A stretch of 64,000 nucleotides of DNA from Lama guanicoe (taxonomy: Eukaryota), in contig MU053652.1 in the NCBI GenBank assembly GCA_013239625.1, forward strand, positions 2,482,001 through 2,546,000, given 5' to 3'. Under the pieces are notes generated by a model. That model had not been told where the DNA came from. It saw only the letters and a list, made by a program, of their open reading frames with translations, and made no database searches. Below are positions 40,795 to 55,790 of this stretch, one piece after another (the stretch's first letter is position 1; the number at the start of each line of letters is the position of its first letter). Position numbers and translations under genes: made by a program.

Positions 40795-40987
40795 ATCAAA
40801 TAATATAAAACAGATAAACAAGTTTATACTGTATAGCATAGGGAACTATATTCAACGTCGTGTGGTAACTTATGGCGGAAAAGAATATAAAAATGAATCT
40901 ATGTATACTCATGTATGACTGAAGCATTGTGCTGTACACCAGAAATTGACACAACACTGTAAACTGACTATACTTCAATAAAAAAAC
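40795..40987 (+). mobile_element. Short L1 3' tail
   Basis: aaacagataaacaagtttatactgtatagca...gactatacttcaataaaaaaa. Confidence 0.85.
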
Positions 40988-41570
40988 ATATACTTAAAAA
41001 AATCAAATATATAAAAATCCATGAGTTCATAGTAATACTTAAAAAAAAAAAATAACTGGTAAACTTTGGAGCCTAAACCTATTAGTATGAAAAGGTGATA
41101 GAGGAAAAGAATCAAACATTTGTATTACTATCCAGTATGCTTTACATATTAGGATAGCTAATTAGTTAACAAATTAATTAGTTATAGTCCCTACTGAAAT
41201 CTAAGCTATGACTCTCAGAGGCTGTTAAAGCCATTAGGTTAAAAGTTGACAGGAAAGTTTATAATTGATCAGTCAGGCTGATAACACTTAAACCCACTGG
41301 AACAATTTTAACATGACAACCATATGTTAAATGCCTCTTGCTATTTTGCAGTCAGAACATCTGTAAAGTATTCTTACATCTCCTCTTTGGCCCTCCCAAA
41401 AAAGGAGAGTAAATCTAAAATCAAGCCTCTGGATGTAAGTATCAGCTCACAGGAAATATAGAGCACAGAGGATCATGTTAAATGACACTACGAGTATAAA
41501 ATCAGCCGAACTGAGAATAAAGGAAATCCTAGAGCACACATGATTAACTGTCTTTAACAAATAAGTGCTA

Positions 41571-41722
41571 CAGGGAACTACAGTCAATATCTTGTAATAA
41601 CCTTTAATGGAAAAGAATATGAAAACGAATATATGTATATGCATGACTGGGACATTATGTAGTACACCAGAAACTGATGTATTGTAACTGATTGTACTTC
41701 AATTTAAAAAAAAAAAAACCAA
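41571..41722 (+). mobile_element. Short L1 3' tail with 15-bp TSD, nested in an older L1M 3' element
   Basis: cagggaactacagtcaatatcttgtaataacc...poly-A; TSD AACAAAT(A/C)AGTGCTA at 41556-41570 and 41723-41737. Confidence 0.85.
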
Positions 41723-42643
41723 AACAAATCAGTGCTATACAGAGATCAAAAAATAGGAGAGGGGAGTACTGTTATGGATTAAAAGAAATTTAAGAGTAGT
41801 AACAACCAAATGCAATACACAGACCTTTTCTGGATTTTGGCTTGTATAAACCAACTATAAAAAGATATTTTTCAGTATTTCAAGAGACAAATGAATGCAG
41901 CATAAAATAAATTGCTTTATTTTGGGTATCATAATGGTACTGTAATTATGTTTTTAAAAAGTCCTTACCTTTTAGTGATACACTATGGTATTTACAAGTG
42001 TAATGATATAATGTCTGGAATTTGCTTCAAAATACCCCAACACAATAAAATTAAAGAATAAACTTAAAAATCAAAGAAACATTAAAAAAAGAAATAAGAT
42101 ATAAATTGGTTAGAGACATGAAAAACGAATAGTGGAATAATCGTAACTGTTGAAACTGATAAATATGTATGTAGGAACTTATTATACTTTTCTTTCTACT
42201 TTGGTATATGTTAAAAATATTCCACAATAGATTTTTAAAGTTATGTTCACAGCAAGAAGCCCAAGTTTTCACTAAAACATTTGAGAAGGTTAAAGAAATA
42301 TCTGTATGTTGGTTTTTGCTGATAAATTTTAATTCTCGTTCTATAAAGTCAATTCTTAATTCTCTGCACTTAATGGAGAATACTAGAGGGGAAAATAAAA
42401 ACAGGTAAGAAAACTGATCTTACAGGTACTAAGAGAAAACAGTAAGTAGAAAGGTATAAAAAAGAGAAATAGCTACAATATCTATATAAACAGTGAAGTT
42501 AGTCATGAAAGTGCCTAGATTAGTATTAAGGTGATAACTACTTAAAAATTACTAGGTTGATAGGAAGAATCTTATAATTAGCAAACAGTTCACTGCTAAA
42601 GGTAGTTTTTACTGTTGTCTATCATTGCCAACACTAATCATTA

Positions 42644-42973
<330 letters not shown>

Positions 42974-44482
42974 CTATTAGAACAAGGCAACAGATTGAAT
43001 AGTTTTAGATTGTTCCTATCATATGTGCTAAAATGAAACCAGTATGTGCATTTTTAGAATCTCAAAAAAACTGACCATTTGTCTTAATAACACTAAATAC
43101 CACCCCTTATTATGCACTCATATGTAGTTATTAAAATACTGTTCACCACCTGTCAGAGATTCAGGATAGATTTCTAAGGTTTCCATTTTTCCTAGTGAGA
43201 ATAAAATACGTTAGGTTAAGGAGATTTATGCTTTGTTTAAGCTGCATAACTCTAACCAAATCAACCAATAATACATTAGGTGCTGATTTATACCTTAGCG
43301 CGAATACTGATCATACTCTGAGTAAACAGTAATCATACCCTCCTTATGAAAAAAAAATTCTCTTCTTTCCATTCTAGGCAAGCATCCTATTCATCTTGCT
43401 ACCATCTGATAGGAGAGCAATATGTGAAGAAGAGTGATGCAGCTAAATTCATCCCTTTGCATTTATTTCACAAAATTCTTCACATTATGCTGCTACCAAA
43501 TAGTAAAACAAACACACATTTGCAACAGCCTCCAGGCTGACTTATGGAATGACGAATGTTGCCCCCTTTTAAAATGATACTATAAATTCAGTTTTCTTTG
43601 AGGTATGTTATGCAATTCAAGTTCAAAAGCCAACCTTGATTCTTCCATTCTTTCAACTCACGGAGATTATTTTCACAAAAATATCTGAGAAAACAGCCAT
43701 TTTTCACAAGACAATAAATAAGAATCAAAATCTATTTCAAAGAAAATGTTAAGTCCACTTTGGTAATTAGATGTTGAAACAAATGTCATTTACATTTAAA
43801 GAATAAATCATGTACATAAAACATCTACTATTTTTTGCTAAAGCACAAATACTAGCCATTAAATGTTCCATTCTCTCCTCCCATCAAATTACTTCTTCTA
43901 TTTATCTATCTTTTGTATTGTTTTTAATAAAAAACTATTTAAATTATTATAAAGCTTATTTTAAAATTAAATATTAAAAAGAAAGTATTCTAGCATCTCC
44001 TAATCTTTACCTACCACTAAAAAGTTCCACTCACTTGCCATGTCCCAGGTTTCTGGCAGAGTTCCAAAAATTAAGATGAAAATCTACAATTCCTTAAGGG
44101 TGAAATCTTAGGAAGTATGATTGAAAAACCGAGTGACAAAGTTTTCATATCCCTGGTACTTGAAACAAAAATGACTTTACTCTTTAATCTTACATGATTA
44201 TATCACGAAAAGCAATCCATACATTGCTGAGGGACCAATACAATGTGAGTCTATTTACATTTTCATAAATTCACAGACTATTACTAACTTTGGCCAATCT
44301 CTGTTATCCACCCCTATGGTTCTACTTAATACGGCTACAAAGGGAGTTTCTCTTTCTGTTGGGGGATATTTAAGTTTAATTTTGATAAGGCTATCCTCAT
44401 TTATCATCAGGGATGAGGTATAAACATCTTTATCTTGGTAGCTCTTCCCAGCATACCAGACCAAACCAATTCAAAAAAGAAG

Positions 44483-44527
44483 NNNNNNNNNNNNNNNNNN
44501 NNNNNNNNNNNNNNNNNNNNNNNNNNN
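44483..44527. other. Assembly gap (45 N)
   Basis: Run of N. Confidence 1.
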
Positions 44528-44759
44528 TACCAGACCAAACCAAAAAAAGAAGGAAGATACTGAAGTAGTTTGATGATTCTTCCCTCATCTTAGAACAAAC
44601 AGGACACAAAACAAACAATTTTATTTCTTCACTTTGTTTCTTCCCTGGGTAAGATACACAGTTTCAATAAGGACCAATTATCAAATGGCAAGTTTTAATC
44701 ACTCTAGGAAACCTTATGCTGTTCATCAGTTTATGGTTTCCTTTTAATTTTTAATCTCT

Positions 44760-47680
44760 GAAAAATGCTTCTGGAAATCCAGTAACTTTGCTAGGCTTAG
44801 GCTGGGTTCAAAATAATTTTCCCCTCACAAAATTTGAAGATATGCCTATAAAGCCTTCTGAGCAGTGTTGCCCAACCCATCACCCTCCATCCTGCCAACT
44901 TCCAAAAATGCCTCATGCTACTCTGATCCCTGCTTACCTACAAAGGTAATTAGTTCTCTCTCTGTGGCTTTCGGGATTTTTCTCTTCTTCTTTGGTTCTG
45001 ACATTTCATTAAGAAGTATCTAGGTAAGGATATTCTTTTCATTCATCCTGATCTGCACTTGGTATTTCTTTCATTCTGAAAACTATCTTCAGCTCTGGGA
45101 GTTTTCTTCATTTTCACCTGGAGTGGTTTTTTGTTTGTTTTTTGACCTCCATTCTCTTTCTAGAATTCCTATTAAGTAGATATCAGAACTTTAGGTATTT
45201 TCCTCTGTTTCTTAAATCTTCTCTCATAATTTCCAGTCACTAATTTAGCAACCATTTAAGTTGAGTGTTTTAGAGCCATTTAGAGCCACACTGCTTTTTA
45301 ATCAATTTACTGAGATTTTTATTTTGCTATCAAATCTTTAATTTATAGCTTTTCTACATATTTCCTTTTCACAGATGCTGAACTGCTCTAAAAATATCAC
45401 CTAAATTTATCTTAAAAACTTCTTCAGTTCACACTACTAGCTGTTTTCCTTCATTAATTCTTAATTCCTTGAGTTCAGTATCTCATCTCATAACTATCTT
45501 CAAATATTTGGATTTTGGGGTTATTGTTTTAGCCTTCTTTGTATCTGAGAATCTCTATTCATCTGCCTCTTGCATATACGATAGTGTGCCTCACAGGGCT
45601 GGGTGGGGAGAGATGAGACAGGATGCGGTGAAGGGCTCTGTAGCAGCTCTCTAGCGTCCCTTGAGTATGGCTCTATCTTTCCAGCTACAATGTCCACACT
45701 CAACACTTGACCTGTGGACAGTTATCACAGTTCCGTGCTACTCAGTCAAACTGGAAAGTGCCCTGCTATTCTGTCTCCAATTAATCATCTAATGTTTGCC
45801 CCAGCTATACACTTTGAGACTAAAGTTGTTGCTACCTTATAGGCTGTGGTTGGATCTGATTCTATCTGCTTTCTACCTTACAGGAATTCTCCCAAATATT
45901 TTAAGTTCCCTAAGGACATTAATGTATTCTCCTGTCCTTTCACAGGATGTGGGGCAGGAGGACAGTAAAAGTGTATGTTTAGCCTGCCAATATCCACGCT
46001 GTCCTGGGGAGAAAGTCATTGAGCTGAGATCTCTAATCCTGTGACTAAAGTTTCTCCTGCCATGTCCTGACTAGCTCGTATCCCATTTTCTAGTAATTTC
46101 CTAGTGTTTCTATTTGAAGGACAGTTTGGCTAGATATAAAATCCTTGGCTCACACTGTCTTTTCTTTGAATACCTTCTATATGTTACTCTACTATCTCTT
46201 GGCATTGAAGGCATTCGTACAAAAATCTGATATGAGTCCCATTTTACTTCTGGATCATTTTGTCTAGTTTCCCCCAAAATGGCCTCTTTATCTTTGAAAT
46301 TCAATGTTACTATTATATATCTTAGAGTTCAATGCCTAGGTCAATTTTCCCTGAATATAGCATGCCATTTTGATATGTGGACTAGTCTTTTTTCAGAAAA
46401 GTTTTCTTGAATTTTATTTATAAATATTTGTTCTGCTCCACTGTTTTGGTTTTCTTCTTTAATGTTGCCAGTGATGTGTATATTGCCCCTCTTTTGCCTT
46501 TCTTCTCTATCTATAATTTTCTGGCTAATCCTTGTATCTTTATTTCTGTTTTCTTCATCTGCTTTTCTTATGTCTATGCTATATGACCGTTATCTATTCT
46601 TCTTTATGCTCCTTGCAGCTTAGTCTTCATTTTTCAAAATGTTATTATATTTCTTTTCAATTTCTTTCCTGAGATTTACCAGGTCAAGTCTCACCTGTTC
46701 CTATTATTTGGCCATCTCATTTGCATTCTTTTTTTTTTTTTTGGTGGGGGCAGGTGGGAGGAGGCAATTAGGTTTATTTATTTATTTAATGGAGGTACCT
46801 GAGAACTTGTGCATGCCAAGCATGCACTGTACCACTTGATCTATACCCTCCCTCTCATCTGCATTCTTGAATTTATACCTTGTAGTTTTTTTCAGCATTT
46901 CAAACTTCATTTAGTCATTTAATTCACGTTAGAATACTTCTTTCATCTGCTGTTGCATGAAAGAAGTTTTTGCTATTTTTTTTCCTTTTATTGGTTTTAT
47001 TTAGAGTACTTCTCTAAAGATTTGGTGTTTAGTGCTTCTTAGTTTTTCATATTTAAATGAGCTGAATTTCCCTGGACCAGATAACACAAGGTTCCTATAG
47101 AATGGTGACATTCGTACTCAAGGAGTCCCTCCTCTGTTGCCACTAAACTGAATGGCTTCTTCAAAATACAGTGCTTCTGTGAAGCCATGTCTTCTCTAAT
47201 TATGAACTTTATCTGGTTTAGGAGGCTTCTATCTCAAGCTTTGAGCATCCCCTGTTCCTTCAAAGGGCATGCAAAAGGAACCACTGTCTCCATCATAGTG
47301 TTTCCCTTAATTTTGGAAGATGGTGCTTTCTGACATCTACACCTATGGGCCCTGTGGGGCACTTTCCACATGTTATTTAACTTACTCCCCTCAGTGGTGC
47401 CCTGGGTTCAATTTCTGCTTTACTCATGACACTTCCCACTATGATGTATGTTTGCCAGGCTTTCTCTGCATTCCCAGTTCTCCCCCATTACACCGTTGTG
47501 TGCTTCAGTACAGGTTCTGGGTATTACAGATGCTTTTGGCTAAATTTATAAGGAATCAGGTGTTGTGGGTTATCTTTGGCTCTTGGTTTTGCTGAATATG
47601 TAACTTGTGTTTTTTAAATCTTTTTGTTTGGTTCTCATTGCTCCTGAAAAAAATCACACAAAGCAACAAAATGGAAAGCT
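44760..47680 (-). mobile_element. Old L1/HAL1 ORF1-region remnants (probably more than one element)
   Basis: ORF 46110..46304 (NFKDKEAIL...EPRILYLAKLSFK) resembles L1 ORF1 C-terminus; T-rich antisense context. Confidence 0.6.
46731..46852 (-). mobile_element. tRNA-derived SINE (camelid Vic-like), B-box deleted, 16-bp TSD
   Basis: Reverse complement gggagggtatagatcaagtggtacagtgcatgcttggcatgcac...; TSD TCTCAT(T/C)TGCATTCTT at 46715-46730 and 46853-46868. Confidence 0.9.
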
Positions 47681-49419
47681 TCAGAACTAAGCTGCTACTA
47701 TGTTCTGAGGAAATCCAAAAGTCCCTGAATTTTAATTTTTTAAGTATGTTAAAATTCAAAATGGCAAAGTAACTTTTACATGCCTCTAGCTTTCTCATGT
47801 TCTTCTCAAATTTGAATGTTAACTATCAAATCTTAAAGTGTCACAAACAATTCCAAGTAATTTCTGGAGTAAGTTCCAACTTATATTTTTACTTGCAGTA
47901 AGTGGAATAAAAAATGGAGACTTAAACAGACTGTGTTAATTGTTCAAGGTCACAGAAGTAGTTGTTGGCTGAAATAGTACTGAAATTCTGGTTCCTTCAC
48001 CCTTGTGTTCTGTTAATAACATCTAATGAATTGAACACCAAGCATTATTAAACAGAACCTAGGCTTCAAGGAACATTTTATCTTACCAAAGTCAAGAGAA
48101 ACAAAGGCCACACACAAGAACAACTTATGTGCTGTATTCAGACTACCCCTAAGCTATTCTTTTTTCAATCTATAATAATAAAAACATAAACCTCTTTTGT
48201 AAAAGAAATTTGTAACCAGTTGGAAGCAAGAAAATAAACTGCTCCCCTAACAATGTTATCTGGTGATGTTCTGTTTTTAAAAGATCAGAACCAGTTTAAC
48301 TGTTTTGGAGCTATTTTCCACATGAACAACACTGAGGATGTAAGCAGGGAAATGCAAAGCTTTGCAGAGCTCAGTTATGTAGAGCCAGCAAAAGTTCCAA
48401 ATTCAATCTGCGGAGTACTTCAAAGCCTAATATTTTTGGTTTTCTACCCACTACTTACTTGATAGACATGTAACTCACTTCTCTTTTCCCTATCTCTCCT
48501 ATAAAACCCACTTAATATAAAGATGGCAGGAGGTTATTCTTACAGCAAAGAATTAACAAAAATTGGTAAACAATAAAAAAAGACTTCGGTTTTAACACCT
48601 AGATATCAGGCACAAGCTGGATTCTGTCATAATTCTAGCACCACTTCCCATTTGTCAAGTACTACATAATGCTTTGTTCATCAATACAGTGTTACAGATT
48701 TTTAAAGCTTTTTTCTTCCCTATACTCCAAAAAAACTTTGGACATGGGTTGAGCCAAGCAAAACTGCCTATAAAATTCAAAGTGGTTACTATTTTGTTTG
48801 AGATACTGACCTATACTGATACAAAATAAGTATTCAAAGACAAATAACAATGATAATGACACCAATGGGATGATGATGACAGCTATATGCATATTACAAT
48901 CGTTTACAAGACTGCTAATATGTAGTCTCCTGGACTACAACATCATCATGTGATTTTTGTTGTACTTAAACTTCATCTAATATATGCCAAATTCTTATCT
49001 GTTTTATAGTGAGTTTGTGATTATATATAAAAGTAAATACATTTCACTTGTACTAGAAGAAAAGCTCTAGATTTCAAATTCTTGAACTCATTATAATTTT
49101 AAATCTTCCAGGAATGTAGAATAAAATTTTTTAAAAGGGCAAGTTGTTATTATGATTTATGAATATCATAAAACAAAATTTGTTTTCCCTAACATATATT
49201 GCTCCATCTACTCTCTGAAGTTTTTATAAATTAACAACTGTGTTCTGAGATCTTAGTATTTTATCCTGCACCAAACAAGAAAAAAAAAAAACTTAAGAAT
49301 AACCTTATACCTACTGAAAACAACAGTTGTTTTTATTATCTGTCACAGGTATTCACAGTGAAAATCACTAACAGACAACTCAGCATAACATGTAAAATAA
49401 ACTCTAAGAGTAAGAGTCA

Positions 49420-49707
<288 letters not shown>

Positions 49708-49709
49708 AA

Positions 49710-49795
49710 NNNNNNNNNNNNNNNNNNNNNNNNNNNNNNNNNNNNNNNNNNNNNNNNNNNNNNNNNNNNNNNNNNNNNNNNNNNNNNNNNNNNNN
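49710..49795. other. Assembly gap (86 N) within a poly-A/(GA)n tract, the polypyrimidine tract of the ~exon 10 acceptor
   Basis: N run flanked by poly-A on both sides. Confidence 1.
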
Positions 49796-50499
49796 AAAAA
49801 AAAAAAAAAAAAAAAAAAAGAGAGAGAGAGAGAGAGACAATGAAAAAAAAATTCAAAGAATAAATAACAGAAACTAAAATTAAGTGCCCTCTTTCGTTGA
49901 CTTCCACAAAAAGGTTTGCTCAAAAACTTATATCAAGTTTAATACTAGGCTTAAATCTCTAGTGGAAAATAAAATAAGCAGTAGGAGACACAAATGCTTT
50001 AATTCTACCAGGAAAGACGAGATGAACTATTCTGTACCTTATGACACTCTGTTTATAACAATATATGGATGCTACTGTATATTCCATTACATTTCAGTCA
50101 TTTGTGCATAGAGCTTAATTCTTCCTTACATGTCAAGCTACTTAAAGACAGGTTTGGTCCTTCGAAATATTTTTGTATATCTCATCAGAATCTAGCATAA
50201 AATAGGCACTCCAAGAATATTTAAAATTTCATAATTGGAAGTAACCTTAAAAAATGTGTAGTTTAATGATCTCCTTTTTAAAATGAGATAATAAGCCCAG
50301 ACAGGAGAGATATCCCCCTGAAAGCTAGTAAGCTAGTGACAGAAGCAGAGTGAGAGTCCAAGTCTTTCTGTCCTTCAGCCACCCTTTACATTATATAAAA
50401 CTGACTCTCCAGACAGAATAACTCAGCTACATTAAACAAGTAGGAAACAAAATGAAAAACATTATACTATCAACAAAAATTAATTAGTTGAGATCATTT

Positions 50500-50543
50500 G
50501 TATCACAGGAGTGAATAAAAGGTATCACAGGAGTGAATAAAAG
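50500..50543. repeat. Perfect 22-bp tandem duplication (GTATCACAGGAGTGAATAAAAG)x2
   Basis: Read directly. Confidence 0.95.
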
Positions 50544-51529
50544 GTAAAAAAAAAATTGTAGTATAAGCCAAAAAAAGAGTTCATTAAAAAAAAGAAGAGG
50601 AATTTCAATTGGGTAGGACTGGATTGGTTAAAAGGGGGATAAAGAAAGAGAACTAATGTTTGTTAAATATCTCCTAAATTCTGTCTATATTATTACTATG
50701 TATGCATGTATATATTTCAATTACCCTTGGAACAATTCTATGAGGAAATGTTATCACCATTTCACAGAGTCTAAGTAATTCTATAGTCGCAAAACTAGGA
50801 AATAAGATAGAGAATAAGAATAAGAATAGAGAATAAGAGAAGTAAGCCCCAGTGTAATCAGGCCAAAAGCTATGCTCTTTCCACTATTCCAGACTGTTTT
50901 CTCCAGAAGGTAAGAGAAACAAAAGCAAAAATACACAAAATACAATGTGTGGGGCTATGACTGAGATGAAGAATTCCTGCTGCAGAAACAACAGAGTTGA
51001 AATATAAGGCAGAAATAGGAAGCCTGTGAATGACTGACAGAGGAGAACTAGATGTAATCTTGCAAGCAATACAGAACTATTACAGGTTTCTAGAGTAGGA
51101 TATCACATAAAAAAGTAGTATTACAGGAGGAGTAATCTAGCATTATTTAGATTAAATGAAGGAATAAAAATATTAGATAGGAAGACCAGTTTGACATTAG
51201 TGTTATTAATCCAGATATTAAGTTGCTTTGAATCTGTAATTTAGTATTCATACTATTATCTTAAAAATTATTTTAAAAGATTTTTGTGAAGGAAAATCTT
51301 TAGCAGACAGGGTAGAAATTTTATTTAAGAAAGTATTTACTCCATAATTAAATAATCTGAAAAATAAATATGGGGTAATATATATTAAATCTATGCCATA
51401 TTTCCTAGAGTATGAAATCTGAAATTTTAATAGAATACCAGAACTTCTTGCTTCAGTTTAATTAGCACAAGTGCTATTAAAATGATGAGCAAATTATATC
51501 CTAACTAAGAATAAAAAAGGGATAAGAAT

Positions 51530-53260
51530 AGAAAGCAAGAGAATAGAGCAGACAAAAGTAGAGAAAGTTAATAAAGCTGTTTTTTGAAAGCTTAATAGAT
51601 TATAAACCACTAGGTAAGACTAATTTTTTCAAAAGGGAGAGAAAATACAAACTGCCAGTATCAGAAATGAAAGCAGTAGTATCATCACAAGCTTTCTAGA
51701 TATTAAAAAGAAAACAAGGAACTACCATGAAAAACATAGATAAAATTTGACTACACAGATAAAGTGGACATATTTCCTGAAAAAATTAAAACTCATTAAA
51801 ATTGACACAAGATGAAAGAGAAAATCTGAGGTCATTGTATCAATTGAAAACTTGGATTTATAATTTAAAACCTTCCCACATAGAAAATGCCAGCTCCAGA
51901 TATCTGAACTGGTAAATTTTATCAAATACTTACAGGAAAAATACTGTCAACTTTTTTCAGAAAACCGAGGAAGAAAAAGACCTCCATTTTTCATCTGTTT
52001 TGTAATCATTCCTAACTTACATACTTTATGAGGACAACATAGCAGTGAAGTGAAATAACAATATTACAGAGGGAGAGGAGAAACAATATATACATAGTTA
52101 GTATACCTCATCAACAGACACAAAACTCGTCTTTAAAATATCAAATAGAATATGGCAATATATAAAAAAAAGCATATTTCATAACTAAAGAGAGTTTATC
52201 TCAGAAATGCAAGGCCCATTTTACATTTGAAAACCAATCAAGGTAATTCACCACATTAAAAGACCAAAGGGAAAAAACATGATCTTATCAACATATATAG
52301 AAAAAGCACTTGATAAAATTCAACAGATATTCATGAGGAAGAACTCACCAGACACTAGAAATAGAAATGAACTTCCTCAATCTGACAAATGATGTATAAA
52401 AATCCTAAATCTAATTTTTCACTTAATGGTGAAATCTGAAATGATTTCCTGCTAAGATCTGAAACAGAGTAAGTATATCTATTCTCACCTCTCCTATTTA
52501 ACATTGTACTGGAAATTCAATGTCAGTGCAATAAGGCATTAAAAAATAAAATAAAAAGTTTATGATAAAAAAAAGGTGGAAAGAAAGAAGTAAAACTGTC
52601 TCTATTCATAGATGACAGGACTGTTTAAAATATCTTAAGAAATCAACAAAGAACAGAACAGAAACTGTTAGAAATAATAAGCAGACTTAGAAAAGTGACG
52701 TGACACAAAGGCAATAATAAAGCACCAATTTACTTCAGTATATCAGCAACAAACAAATTGAAACTTAAAAAATTTTAAGTTTATAATAGTGTGGAAAAAC
52801 AAAATACACTGGGATCCATTTAATGAAAACAAAAAAGACCTCTAACCTGCAAGCTCCATGTGCAGAGAGATAATGAATAAGACTGAAGTAAATGGAAATA
52901 TAACACTGTTCATGGATTAGAAGACTCACTATCATTAAGACATCAATTCTCTCCAAGTTGATTTATAGATTCAACACCTTTCCAATCATAATTCCAACAG
53001 TTTCAGAAACTGACAACACGATTCTCAAATTTACATGAAGATGTAAAACACCTAGAAGAGTCAAAATAATTTTTAAACAGAAGAACAAAGAGGTGTGACA
53101 TTACTTGACCTGAAGGAGTAACATACTGGAATATAAACAGACCAAAGGACAATGAAGCAGATTAGAGTGTGGAAAAAGAGACATATACTTATACGCTCAA
53201 CTGATTTTTGACAAAGGTGCCAAAGCAATTCAACAGAGAAAGGAGATACAGAGCAACCGG
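51530..53260 (+). mobile_element. Old degenerate L1 ORF2 (RT region)
   Basis: A-rich; motifs gaaaaagcacttgataaaattcaaca, ctatttaacattgtactggaa, ctgatttttgacaaaggtgccaaagcaattca. Confidence 0.85.
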
Positions 53261-53865
53261 AACTCTATACATTTCTGGAAGGAATACAAAATAGAACAAC
53301 TACTTTGGGAGAAGTTTTAAAAATTTCTTCAGTGGATGCTAAAAGGGTGAAAGTTTGATGAGTAACAGAATATTTTCATAATCTCAAAATGTTTCCCTAC
53401 AAATTACTTATTAATTATAGAGTGAGAAATCTGGTGAACACCTTTCTTAACCAACTGATCAAAGCTAACATCAGACAAACTGACATAATGTGCAATCCTA
53501 ATATGATAAACTGAGAAGGATCCAATGTCCTCCACATGGCATTCTTGCTAAAAATGCTTAATCTATATATCCAATCCTAGGGAAACATCATAGAGACTCA
53601 GCTGAAGGATATTCTAGAAAATAACAGCCTTGCATTCTTCAAAAAATGTCAAGGTCAAGAAAGACAAGGAGAAGTCAAGGAACTGTTCCAGACTAAAGAT
53701 GATATTGAAGAAACATGATATTGAAGTGCAATGCATGAAAATGAATTGAGTCCTGGGTCAGGGATAGAGGTTAGGGGTAACAGTAAGACAACTATAAAGG
53801 ACAGTACTGAGGCACAATTGGGATAACTGTCTATATGTGAATAGGGACTGTGGATTAAACTAAAG

Positions 53866-54345
53866 CAGCAGGTCTCAGTGCAGTCGGGTCTCTAAGACAC
53901 TTCAGGGAATCCACAAAGTCAAACTATTTTCAAAACAATACTAAGATAAAAAAATTTATCTTTTCACTCTTATTCTCTTATTCTCGTATGAGTATATTAA
54001 TATCTTCCAGAGGGTACATGACTTTCGATATAACAATAGACTGAATGTAGACGCAGATATGAATCCAGCTGCCTTCTATTAAGTCACAGTTAAAGAGATT
54101 TAGGAAATTATAAAACAATGCTACTTGATAGTAGCTACTTGATGGTTGCCTCAAGAAAAAGCACCTATGCAATTGTTTGAGTTGCAAGCTGACCGAGCTG
54201 CATTTTTGATGAAATACTATGTTTATTTGAAAGAAAACTAACAATCCAAATATGGTTATTCAGACATTTTCTAAAAAATAAATGAACTAAACAAGGAAAC
54301 CACCTAAAGGTCCACTGACAGATGACTGGATGAAGACGTGTGATA

Positions 54346-54376
<31 letters not shown>

Positions 54377-54409
54377 ATATGTGTGTGTGTGTGTATACAT
54401 ATATATATA

Positions 54410-54441
<32 letters not shown>

Positions 54442-55510
54442 ACTCAGCCGTAAAAAAGGATGAAATAATGCCATTTTCAGCAATATGGATGAACATAGAG
54501 ATTATCATATTGAGTGAAATAAATCAGAGAGAGAAAGATAAGCATCATATAATATCACTTTATATGTGGAATCTAAAAAAATGATACAAATTCTGTTTGC
54601 CAACCAAAAACAGACTCCCAGACATAGAAGACAAACTATGGTTACTAAAGGGGAAATGGCAGGGAGGGATAAATTAGTAGGAGTTTGGATTAACAGACAC
54701 ACATTACTATATATAAAATAGATAAACAACATGGACCTACTGTATAGCACAGGGAACTATATTTAATTTCTTCTAATAACATTTAATGGATAAGACTCTG
54801 AAATGAAAAAATATATATGTATATGTATAACTGAATCACTTTGTTGTACACCTGAAACTAACTAATGTAAATTAACTATACTTCAATTAAAAAAAATGAA
54901 GTGTGTTATCCTGAAGGAAAACAACTGACAAAATTTTTTGCCAATAATACAGTGCACATTTTTAAACAAAAATTAGAGTTGTAGAAAACTTCTACCTGCC
55001 ACTGTGATCTTGACACTTTTCCAATACTTAAAAGACTTTTCTAATGAGATTGACAGAGATATTAATAAATGTGGTTTTGGGGGATAGTACATAATAAAAT
55101 ATGTCAGCAATTGGAAGATGTACATAACTAAGATTTTTTCAAGGGATCAACACATGAGTTAAAAAAAAAAAGCATGGGTAAAAGATACATTCAAAGAGCA
55201 ACACAGACCAGTGGATTTTAATTTAACAGAATACAAAACATAAGCTGATACGGCTTCAGAGTCTATAGTGCAATTACATTTAAGAAACAAAAACTTGTCA
55301 AGTTGGAGGATAAGATCAAAAAAGAACATGTATTATCTAAACTATCAAAATACTACTTTCCTTCCCAAGAATATCAATGTGAGGTCCAATTTTCTTCATA
55401 TATTTCACACAAAACAACATGTTGCAAGAGATTAAATGCAAAAGCACATAAGAATCTAGCTGTCTTCTGTTAAGACACTGAAGAGATTTATAAAAATGCA
55501 AAATTAAAGA
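53866..55510. mobile_element. hAT-Charlie (Charlie1-like) DNA transposon fossil, interrupted by an L1
   Basis: Recalled Charlie1 motif (gcagatatgaatccagctgccttctattaag...aaagagattt) occurs near 54050 and again near 55440; sequence resumes after the L1 insertion. Confidence 0.7.
54287..54896 (+). mobile_element. 5'-truncated L1 3' end with internal (TG)n(TA)n microsatellite
   Basis: cctaaaggtccactgacagatgactggat...aactatacttcaattaaaaaaa; AAATGAA repeated at both flanks. Confidence 0.9.
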
Positions 55511-55669
55511 AAAATACAATTTGTTTTGAACCTATAAAAACGTATGTGCATGAATATTTAAAATAATTATTCTCTTTAAGAGCTGAGCCATTCTATTATC
55601 TTTCAACCTACTACATGTGCTATTAAATACATGTTTAATCTAAGTAAATTAATGTGAATTTTGCTTTTT

Positions 55670-55790
55670 TTTGTGATCAATATTTTTATAGATTATACTC
55701 CATTTAAAGTTATTACAAAAATAATGGTTATATTTTCCCATGCTGTATAATATATCCTTGTTGCTTATTTATTTTATACATAGTAATTTT
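55670..55790 (-). mobile_element. Short L1 3' tail fragment
   Basis: gattatactccatt...ttattacaaaaataatggttatattttcccatgctgtataatatatccttgttg. Confidence 0.7.
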
